64,000 bases of DNA from NCBI GenBank assembly GCA_000320545.1, contig ADNK01000166.1:1-64000 (forward strand), read 5' to 3'. The notes under the pieces were generated by a model. That model made no database searches. It was not told the origin of the DNA and saw only the letters and a program-made list of their open reading frames with translations. Shown piece after piece: positions 37,176 through 46,872 of the stretch. The position numbers were made by a program, and so were the translations under genes. Numbering within the stretch: the stretch's first letter is position 1; each line of letters opens with the position of its first letter. The stretch is from Bigelowiella natans CCMP2755. Taxonomy: Eukaryota; Protista; Cercozoa.

Positions 37176-38077
37176 TGTTTGTTCGAATGATATACGGCGA
37201 CAAATACATGCGACCGATGAAATGGAAACCAACTACATTCATGGAGCGTAATCGGTTAATCCAACTTGCACCGTTCCAAAAAAGCCAAAGAAATACATGC
37301 GAATAGCCGCGAACGCGAATAGCGACAACGAAACATAAGCCTTATAACGCAAAAAAAGGAGGGTGTCAATTCCATCGAAATCTGAAATAATAAATTGTCT
37401 CGATCTTCCAAGCCTTTACAGTAAGTTCGCTTGCAGATGAAAATTCTTATTTAGTCCATGAAGAGATCATGGAGATCTAAAGAGCACATCATTTGTTCAA
37501 CTATCCAAAAATAAACACATTGTTTGTTCAACCTTCATTTCCAATTAAAAGCACCAAGAATAATATATTAGGAATGAGGTCTATTTAGTGTAAGCGACTT
37601 TATTTTGATATGGATTCTGATGTCTTACGCGGCAAATAGCCGGGGCACGTGTTACATACAGTTTCTAAAGATATCGATTTGAAAATGAAGTCACTTTCAC
37701 TAAATAGAGGTCATTCTTAACATTTAATTCTTGATGCGTTTTAATGAGTCTTAAAACAATTGTAGTTGTAGCACAGAAATGCGCTGCTGGTGTGCTGGTG
37801 CGGCAATACGAGGCACATCGGGTAGGGAACATTTGTCTTAAATTTTTAGAAGGAATCATCTTGCATGTAATATTCATAAGCGACAATCTTATTTACAAAA
37901 AATCCTAAAATATATACGCCGTTTATTTTCCTCTCGAATCTAGAATTGTTCTGTTCAAGATTTAATTTTGGCTACCCCCCCCCACCATCTACGTAAAGAA
38001 GAGATATAGCCCGAAGATTTCGCGAATTCTCGCAGGTTCGGATATAATGATTTTATTATATCTCCGTTTTACGGTGC

Positions 38078-39466
38078 TTGCCCCCGTATAACCCAGACTG
38101 CCCTATTGATATGTTTCTATTGCAGCCACTCAGCCCGAGGTCCAGACAAGGAATCGAAATTGCCCGAAGATTGTTGATCGAAAGGAATGACAATATACAG
38201 GAAATTAATGGGAGGGATCAGAATCTGGTGGAGAGGCTGGTCTCATATTTCTACCCTGTTGCGCTCAACATGAGCAGAAATGCTCCTGTCACCGTCAGGG
38301 ATTTGTGCAGGCTTTGTCGTCTGAGAACATCATGGGTGATCCGAACACTTTGCCGCGAAACCCAACTCCGAGAAGATGGTCCTAATGAATTATATGAAGG
38401 GATAATCAGGCGCAGAAGGCAAAGGCCCTGCTCGCCTTTCATCAGAGAGAATGAGAACCTTCTTCTTACCTCTGCAGGCATCTGCTTCTTGATCCAGCAA
38501 CACCATGGTATCCGAGATATAGCGATTGGTCTCCTCGTTGAACTCGTGAGGCGTTTGGTTGAAATAATCATTCACCTCAGCCATAGTCATGCAGAATTTA
38601 GAGATCGAGATGCGACCGCCCACGTGGAATTTCGCGAACGGAGAGTTGAAAGGGCGAACACTGCAATTAATTTATTGGGAGAAGGTTCAACGAGGTTGCG
38701 CTCCCAAAACAGCACCATGAGAGACGCTTATAGATCGTTTGTCCAGGTGGTTGATCCAGAAGAGACATCGGCGAGGAATTATCTTTCGACTTTACAGGGC
38801 AGACGAGTCAATGGCTCTGTGATGAATCAACTCGCACCGCTCGGAAAATCCATGATGGCAATATTGGAGAATCAAGCTCTAGAATTTATCACAGGAAGAG
38901 ATGCCAGAGATGAGATGATCAGAATCCACAACGACAATCCCACCTTAACAAGGGAGAGAAAACAGGCAATGTGTAGGAGCAAAGTGGAAAACGCTTATTA
39001 CAGAGGAATTGCAGCAAGGGTGGGCAGATGTGTAAGAGAGATGCTAGCACGACCGGTACGCAGGAACAGACGCCTCATGAGAAATGCAGACGGATCGCTT
39101 GTATACCGAGATGCAACCGTTGATGAATACATTTCCAGAATCTTCATGTTAACTCCGCAAAGGCCAAATCCAACGATGGTTATCACTACGGGTCCCATTC
39201 CCATGAGGAGGAGGAGAAGGGGTCTTCCAAACCAGGAAAGGAACACTCCACAGAGGCCAAATCCAAGGATGGCTCTCACTCCGGGTCCCATTCCCAGGAG
39301 GAGGAGGAGGAGAAGGGATCTTCCAAACCAGGCCAGGAATACTAGGCGTAGGTACAGACTTGGACTCAATCATTATGAATTAGAATTGATTTTTCATGAA
39401 ATTCTAAATCAGAGATATGTTCATTTTCCTTTTAGGAGGACAATTAAAAAGATCATGTACATCTGA
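38078..39466 (+). CDS. Intronless 462-aa Arg-rich, Lys-poor orphan protein; N-terminal region loosely BRO-N-like; possibly of viral/mobile origin
   Basis: Long uninterrupted ORF in AT-rich flanks, whose annotated start is a non-ATG (TTG) codon; first ATG is at codon 12. VTVRDLCRLC...LLLTSAGICFLIQ resembles the BRO-N pattern (DVCxxL...FIxESGLYxLI). The family call is a by-eye inference. Confidence 0.6.
   Translation: MPPYNPDCPIDMFLLQPLSPRSRQGIEIARRLLIERNDNIQEINGRDQNLVERLVSYFYPVALNMSRNAPVTVRDLCRLCRLRTSWVIRTLCRETQLREDGPNELYEGIIRRRRQRPCSPFIRENENLLLTSAGICFLIQQHHGIRDIAIGLLVELVRRLVEIIIHLSHSHAEFRDRDATAHVEFRERRVERANTAINLLGEGSTRLRSQNSTMRDAYRSFVQVVDPEETSARNYLSTLQGRRVNGSVMNQLAPLGKSMMAILENQALEFITGRDARDEMIRIHNDNPTLTRERKQAMCRSKVENAYYRGIAARVGRCVREMLARPVRRNRRLMRNADGSLVYRDATVDEYISRIFMLTPQRPNPTMVITTGPIPMRRRRRGLPNQERNTPQRPNPRMALTPGPIPRRRRRRRDLPNQARNTRRRYRLGLNHYELELIFHEILNQRYVHFPFRRTIKKIMYI
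39152..39340 (+). repeat. In-frame tandem duplication (93 + 96 bp) encoding TPQRPNP...GPIPxRRRRR..LPNQ.RN
   Basis: Units 39152-39244 and 39245-39340 are directly alignable. Confidence 0.9.
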
Positions 39467-39605
39467 TTTGAAATCCTTATCTTTTTTTTTTTCCCACATC
39501 TAGATTGGAGTATTGACTAAGTACATCTAGGCATTAACTCAAGAAAATTAACGCTGATGTCGATGTGTGAGATGGGAGTTGTCTCACACAGGAACTGTTC
39601 ACAAT

Positions 39606-39676
39606 CATCTGAACTCCGCATAGAGAGTAGGAAATTTTTGTAATTGCTTCATCCGAACTCTGCGTAGAGAGTAGGA
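39606..39676 (+). repeat. 27-bp direct repeat pair downstream of the orphan ORF
   Basis: catctgaactccgcatagagagtagga (39606-39632) vs catccgaactctgcgtagagagtagga (39650-39676), 24/27 identical. Confidence 0.8.
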
Positions 39677-40150
39677 GATTGTTTTGAAATCGATTGACTC
39701 AATGTTGCTTTTTCATCATCGATTGTGTTTTGAGTTCCTAAACAGAATCATTCATTGTGCTGTTGCTGCGCTTCTGCTGTTCCTGTGCTTCTGCTTGACA
39801 ACAATGCAATTCCATAGTCTCATCGGTTGTTTCCGTTGCCATGCTCGGACAATTCCTTTCATTTTCACACATTCACTTCACCCCCATCTCAATCCATCAC
39901 ACAAGCGCGAACGCGCATCCTGAAAATTCTGTAGCCTTCATGGCTGCATAGCGTACGCACGTGCGAACACATGCAGTTCAGTGCACATGTTCTTTGCAAC
40001 ATGTGCTCCATTTGCAGCATTTTTTCACCTGCACATGTCCCAAAGTGAACATTGAATGGGATCAAAATTCATTTGGCACATGGACACAATGTCCATGTGC
40101 GTGTGCGCGTGAGGAACACACGTGCCCAGGCACACCACATGCACCCAAAA

Positions 40151-40542
40151 TGTCAGAAGTGCAAGGCGACGCGCTGCAGAATGCAGGCCAGCAGCACAGT
40201 CAGATGAAGGAAGGAAGGGTGGGAGGACAGCTGCACAAGCGGCTGCCTCGATTCTCTGTTGAGTTCTGACCTTTTCACATGCATGCACCAAGTCAACTGT
40301 CATCAGGCGAAATCACCTGAACCACGTGCATGACATCGTGCTGCAGAAGGAAGGAAGACGCGCCCACTTCCTTTGCTGGCACATGGCTGATGCAGCACTG
40401 TCCTGCCCTTGTCGCAGGCACAGAACCTGCCTGCATCAACAGCCCATTCTGCACTGCTTGTCGCAGCCTGCAAGTGCCCGCCAGCGTTGCTGCTGCTGCC
40501 ACAAGCATGCACTTCGCGCATTGAGTGCAAAGCACTCCAACA
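40151..40542 (-). repeat. 3' LTR
   Basis: 389/392 identical to 43370-43761 by eye. Confidence 0.9.
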
Positions 40543-43369
40543 CGCTGCCCTTTCCTTCAATTTGCTGTGCAGCAAATTGCGAAGTGCAACACACGGGCGA
40601 TGTGTTGTCACCGCATGCTCCAGGACAGAAAAGATGACCATGCGCATCATCAAAAACTGTCCTGGCCAGCATGCCAGAGCCAGAGCAGACAAAAACAACG
40701 GCTGGCACGCGTGCATGCGTGCATGCATGCATGCAGCCATCGTGAAAAACTGATCTGCTCAGTCTCACGAGCTGCCAGGATCATTGATCCTGCAGTGGCA
40801 CCGCTGGGACAACGTCCCACGACCACGCTGCCCTTTTCCTCTCTTCTGTTGATCAGCAAGAGAGGGGGGAAAAAGGCGATGCCCATTGGGGTGCATCGTT
40901 TCGGAAAAAATGTGAAAAGAAAAGGAAAGCACCACTTCGGTGTTCCTTCAAATGCCCGCACCAGAGTGAGAAAAGCAACAAGTGCTCAAACACTTGTTCG
41001 CTGACTCACAAATCCAAAGCCCGTGACAAGCACCCACGGCTGGGGTGCAAGGTGCACGGAGGGAGAGGGGGGGGGAGGGGAATGGAGACACTTGCATGGA
41101 GAGGCCATGCACCTGTGGGTGATGCAAACACCTGCAGCGTGTGTCAAAATGAAGTCACAGAAGCTGAAGGCAGAGAAGCTGCCTTGGCTTCAATTTCCTT
41201 TCCGGGGCCGTGTTGATCACGGCCCCATTGCAGGTGCAGACAAGACATCAAGATTTCGTTGAGGCCGTTCTTCGGAGCATCACTGACGGAGGTGCATGCT
41301 CTTCTCACAATTGAGCTCAAGAGTCATGTGTTCGTGTGTGTGCTTTCAACTGAACGCTTCGTTTGCAATTTTTGTGTTCATGGCAATCACTCAGAAGTCA
41401 CACGGGATCCACAATTCAGAAACACAGTCAGTCAATGAAGTGGAGGCAGAATGGACGTCTCCATTCTGTTGCCCACCCATTTCCTGACTGTCATCTTTTT
41501 GCATTGTCGTCCCACATGGTTGACCGTGCTCACAGACTGGTCGTGGAGGATGGCTGTGACACTTCATCACGTGTGACTGTGCCGAAATTCTGTTTTGTCA
41601 CAATCGCATGACGTTGATTGTGTTGACATCGTTCAATCTCGAGTCGCAATGTTCGTTGGTCGGTGATGTTGCTACGAGCATCGTCCTTCGATCATTCGAT
41701 GGCATTGCCTGCGGTGTTCGTTTGTTCAATGGCGCTGAACAATTGGTTTTTTTTTGTTTTCAGGATCCTTTTCATCTGCGCAAGCGATTGTTCTTCAGAG
41801 CTTGCGTGGTTCGTTTCCGACACCAGCCGGCACAGACCACAATTGTCGATTTCGGTGTCAATGTTGACCCTCACCGATTGACCTCTGACAGGTCGGAATT
41901 GACAGGAGGACTGTGAACATTGACATCGAACAACGGGGATGTCTCCAAGGCAATTGCTTTGATTTCATTCGATGCAACATTCTTCTTCCGCAAGAAGGCG
42001 CTTGCGTCGAACCCCCATTCCTTGGGTCAAGTCGTGAGTTCACCGTCGTTCAACATCCTCGTGTGGGTCACCCAGGACTTGCGAGCGGCAAAGAACGCTG
42101 CAACCCTGCAGGTGCACCGGATGTGTGATGATGCATGGAGATTTCGACACCGGAGGTGTTGTCAGCACCTCCGTGATTTCATTGCCCATTTTCGCATCGT
42201 GTGTTTGCGGTCGCATGCCCGCACATCACAATCATGATTGCGGCACTGTCCGGAAAAAAAAAAAATGCAAGCATGCGTTGTGAATCGGTGCATGATTCTT
42301 GATTGTGACCCCGTGATGCAAATCGCGCTCATCACAGTGTCGGCATGAGGCTGTCAATGATTGCTTTGTTCATCAGGTAGCCGCGATTTGCCACTCACGT
42401 TCCGGGCATTGCAGGCCGCAGCGAACGCAGGTTGGCATGCTTTTCCTTGGAATCAATTTCATTTTCGATTTGTTCACATCATCATGAAAAATTTGTGCAC
42501 TTGAATTTGGCATGGTGCAAGCAAGTGCGAGAGATTCACAAATCGTTTCACTGTCACACGGTGTGCGTTTCTTGGATTCACTCATGAGTGCACATCCTTG
42601 AATCGCATTTCTGCATGCTGGACTGTCACTTTGTCGCACGTGTCACTCATTCATTCCCTGCAATTGTCACAGCATGGGAGAGCATGGTGGTTCAGCCACT
42701 TGTCGTGATCCACCATTCTCCGATGTGGACAACACTCTGATGCCACGGTCGTGTTCTCAAGGTTCGCAAATCTTTCCTTGATCTGTCAAGATCCAGATGA
42801 GACCATTGTTTTTTTTCATCAGATCGTTGTGGCATTTGTCTCAGGGAAGAACAGTGTCCCGCTGTTTCGTTTCATGGCACATGCCTGGGATGGGAATCTT
42901 GCCAGGGAACAAGGGGCAATTTGATCATGACAACAACTTTTTGGTTGCAAGTGGTCATGATTTCATTTTCGAGTTTCAATTTGATCATGACAACTTTGTG
43001 GTTGTGATTCCATTTTCGTGTTTGATGGGGAACACTTTGATTTCGCTTTTTTTTTCTTGTTTGCTGTTTGTTCCTTGTTGCAGTTGGTCGATTTGACTTT
43101 TTTTTTGAGTTTTGCCCCTCTGTTGAGTCACTTTGCTTGGTTGCAAATTTTTGTTTTTGAGTCATGGGTGATCACATTTCGTTTTGTTCCAACACAGATT
43201 CATTCTTTCCAGACTGGTTGGATTTTCGGTGCACCAGCACCTAGCAATCCGACCATCACCGACCAAGTTCGTGTCGTGGCACCTTCAAACCAGTTCTGCC
43301 AGACTGAACTGTTTGAGCCAAGTTTTTTTGGGCGCAACTGGGCGGCGGAAGCCGCGTGGGCTCACAACC

Positions 43370-43761
43370 TGTTGGAAGTGCAAGGCGGCGCGCTGCAGAA
43401 TGCAGGCCAGCAGCACAGTCAGATGAAGGAAGGAAGGGTGGGAGGACAGCTGCACAAGCGGCTGCCTCGATTCTCTGTTGAGTTCTGACCTTTTCACATG
43501 CATGCACCAAGTCAACTGTCATCAGGCGAAATCACCTGAACCACGTGCATGACATCGTGCTGCAGAAGGAAGGAAGACGCGCCCACTTCCTTTGCTGGCA
43601 CATGGCTGATGCAGCACTGTCCTGCCCTTGTCGCAGGCACAGAACCTGCCTGCATCAACAGCCCATTCTGCACTGCTTGTCGCAGCCTGCAAGTGCCCGC
43701 CAGCGTTGCTGCTGCTGCCACAAGCATGCACTTCGCGCATTGAGTGCAAAGCACTCCAACA
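43370..43761 (-). repeat. 5' LTR
   Basis: Adjacent to the PBS at 43358-43369. Confidence 0.9.
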
Positions 43762-43859
43762 CAAAAAGCACACGTGCTCCATTCACATCCAGAGAGAGCC
43801 CTGATGGTGAGTGCAAGCACTTGTGTGATGGACATGGCAACAGCACGCACAACACGTGC

Positions 43860-45923
43860 ATGACATCACGTGTCCATCGTCTCAGTGCCCTCAGCAAGCT
43901 GGTGTCTGGAGCTGCAACGACGAGAGTCCATGAACACCTGGAAAACGACAACTGTCTTGCGGATGAACAAGGTGATTTTGGAAGGAATCGTGGCACTGAC
44001 TTCCACATCTTCAACCTGTGCCAAGTGTTGCATCTCCGCAAGGCCCAAAACCAAGGATCCACAGTTGCTTTCGTTGACCCACGCAAAGCCTGTGATGAAG
44101 TTTGGATCCAAGGTCCACGAGCTGAGCTGCTCAGGAGTGGTGTGACGGGCAGAGTGTGCAACCTCTTCAAGAACATGCTGGCCTCCCAATCCCGCAGGGT
44201 TGGGTCCCCGATTGATCAAGCTCTGAGCCAACCCTTCCACGTCAACCAAGGTCTCCCTCAAGGTGCCCCGGAATCACCAGTTCCACTTGCTCTGTTTGTT
44301 GACGACCTCACAGAACGGCTGAGACAGCGTGGTTGTGGCGTCCAGTTTGCCAACACTCGTGGACCAGGTCTCTTCTTTGCAGATGACAGCGCTCTGGTTG
44401 CTGCCACTCCTCTGGACATCAAGCTGGCTCTTGAAGTGACGACTCAATGGTGCAGAAAATGGAGACTCAAGGCAAACGGAGATGAGTCTGGCATCACGAT
44501 TGTCGGGTCTTCTGTTCTCAAACAGGAGTGTTCACGATGTGAGTTCAGGTGTTGTGGGGAATTGATGCGCGCAGTGAACCAATGTCGACACTTGGGAATT
44601 GCCTTCCAAAGCTCCTTGTCGTTCCACACACACATCGTGGACACTGTGAAAGCAGCGAAGCGAGCTTCCGGCAGGCTCAAGTGCAGCTTTGCTGGACACT
44701 CAGGCCTCCGACCCAGAACACGGATCCACCTTTGGAATGCTCTCGTGCGCCCCACTCTTGAACGTGGCATGGGTCCAATTTGTCCCATTCTGCCCCAAGC
44801 TGTCTCAAAAACCGGCTGCAGAGTGTCCAGACTCAGTTCCTCAAAGAGACTCTTCGTGCCCTGCACACAGCCCATGGCCAACCACTGTGCTTCCTGTTGT
44901 CTGAACGTGGCCAGGAAGGTTTGCAGGCCCGCTGGGACAAGTCTCTCGTGAGCCTCCTGAGCAGGATGCGTCAGCAACCTGATGAATCCATGACAAAGGA
45001 TCTTCCACTCCTGTCCCTGGATCAGGCTGATGCTCTGTGCTCAAGTTGGGGTCACAACGTTGGGTCTGTTCTTCACCGTGTCACTGGCTGTGACCAATCT
45101 GCCTGTGGCTTGGACCTGTTGGTCAACTTGGACCAGTCCCATCCAAAACTGGTTGATGTTGACCTCAATCGCAGAGTCAGGGCTCACCTGTCCACCAATG
45201 GCAACTTGTGTCGCAGCTTTTGCTCGTTCGTCAAACCCGACATCCCAACTTGCAAATCCAGAGCCTGGGCGAGGAGCCACATTGGAAGGCCAGCTTCCAG
45301 ATTGTTTGAGTGTCATCTTGATGATTGACAGCATGACAATTCAGGTGTGTTGCTCAAACTTCAGCTCCGCGCTGGGACTTGCGAAACTGAGGAGCACAGG
45401 GCCAAAGTTTGCAACTTGCCCCCCTCTTTCTCGGTGTGTCCTCTTTGCAATGCTGAAGTTGTTCAAAGTGTCAACCACCTCATCCATCATTGCACTCACT
45501 TGAATGCAGAGAGATGCAAGCTTCTCTCGCACATGAGATCAGCTCTGGGTTCAGCTTCTTCCCGCCACTCTTCATTCTTTGACGCTCCAGACTCCTCCAA
45601 AACCAAAACTCTGCTGGGGGCCCCCTCAGATGATCCAATCGCAGATCGTCATGTGGACATGGCCTTCAGGAAGTTTTTGCTCAGAGTGGAGGTCTTGCGC
45701 CGTCAGAATTTTGCTGCTGATGTCATTGCTTCTCAATGACCAAGTCATGCTGATTTTGGCAAACCAGCCAGTTGATTTGCCAGTCACAGTCCTCACTGAA
45801 ACCAGTTCGAGGCACTGCACTTTGCACGCTGCAAGTGTCTTGCAACACTTTGGAAGTGTGGTTTTTCATCATTGTTTCATTGTTTCATTGTTTGTCATCA
45901 TTGTTTCATTGTTTCATCATTGT
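43860..45923 (+). mobile_element. 5'-truncated non-LTR retrotransposon (LINE) ORF2 remnant: RT domain, C-terminal CCHC zinc knuckle, 3' UTR, (CATTGTTT)n tail; frameshifted and TpA-erased
   Basis: EQGDFGRNRGTDFHIF, AFVDPRKACDEVW, QGLPQGAPESP, LFFADD, WRLKAN, QCRHLGI (RT); CPLCNAEVVQSVNHLIHHC (zinc knuckle). Frameshift near 44770; in-frame TGA at about 45326; tail 45867-45923. Confidence 0.92.
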
Positions 45924-46272
45924 CTTCTCTCTTTCTTTCTCTTTTTCGTCTTCTCCCTTTCTGTCACCAGGCTTTTCCTTTTTTGAAACGCTTCGCATTG
46001 CTCGTTGTGACTGAAAAATGGCATCAATGTGCACGATTGCACAATTGATGTCACGTCGTTGTCTGCTGCGAAACACAACACACATCCACAATCATGCATG
46101 TTCGGCGCACGCTAGCCAGTTGGCACGCACGTGCGATGCACGTTTGTCTTGCTAGCTTGCAAGCATGTTGCATTTGACCTCTGCATGTGCAGCACTTCTG
46201 CCATCAATCGCTCCGTCGCAGCAATGAAGCGTGAAGTAAATGCATGCGCATGCACGTGCCGAACGTGTCTAG

Positions 46273-46310
<38 letters not shown>

Positions 46311-46872
46311 TGTTGTTGTGTGTGGCGTTGTTGTGTGTGATGTTGTTGTGTGTGTGTGTGTGTGTGCACCGCACAGCAGCTAGCAGAGCGCTACAGTTGT
46401 GCTGCGTGCGTGCACCTGCGTTCATTTCGTTTGCTAGTTTGCGTGCGCGGCATGCTAGCTAGCAGCATGCGGAACGACATGTTGCAAATGATCATCAAAT
46501 CAGCCGATGCACGGCATTGTCCCTGCTCGCTATCATTGCGGGGCGAATGTGATGAAGTGATCAAATCTTTTCTGCAAACATGCACACGTGCAGCCGTGGA
46601 ATGCTAATTGCTAAATGACACAAACGCACTTGCTGTGCCGCAAATTGCACACAAGTGTGTGTGTGCATTCATCTGAACTATAGAACATACTTTCTGCTCT
46701 TTTTTTTACCATTTGGTTTTATTATTTCGAAACCTTGTGCAGAACTACACAGCACATTTATTTCTTAATGATACGTATGTATCGAAATGAATGGAAGAGT
46801 TCGTGGGACAAATTTTGGGTGGCTTCTACTGCACTGATGAAAGGCGAATAATTAACAATTCATCTATTCCTC

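Larger units (their letters stand above)
40151..43761 (-). mobile_element. Ty1/copia-type LTR retroelement, non-autonomous or internally deleted (3.6 kb), TpA-erased
   Basis: 392-bp LTRs at 40151-40542 and 43370-43761 with TGTTGGA...TCCAACA-type inverted ends; 5-bp TSD CAAAA (40146-40150 and 43762-43766); PBS GGTTGTGAGCCC right after the 5' LTR on the minus strand (copia/Ty5-type GGTTATGAGCCC with TA>TG); purine-rich GAAGGAAAGGG tract before the 3' LTR. No pol motifs recognised in the 2.8-kb interior. Confidence 0.88.

Noticed and set aside
37170-39680. Helitron or TIR transposon boundaries around the orphan ORF
   Set aside because: No convincing terminal inverted repeats, TSD or hairpin-CTRR end found by eye.
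43545-44951. Alternative genetic code or an intact 468-aa RT gene
   Set aside because: Host genes end normally in TAA/TAG/TGA and use Tyr. This ORF starts inside an LTR, has ruined RT motifs, and is long only because stops were erased.
39956-46112. CpG methylation-deamination or classical RIP as the cause of TG/CA excess
   Set aside because: CpG is still frequent, RIP would create TpA rather than remove it, and conserved motifs point to TA as the ancestral state.
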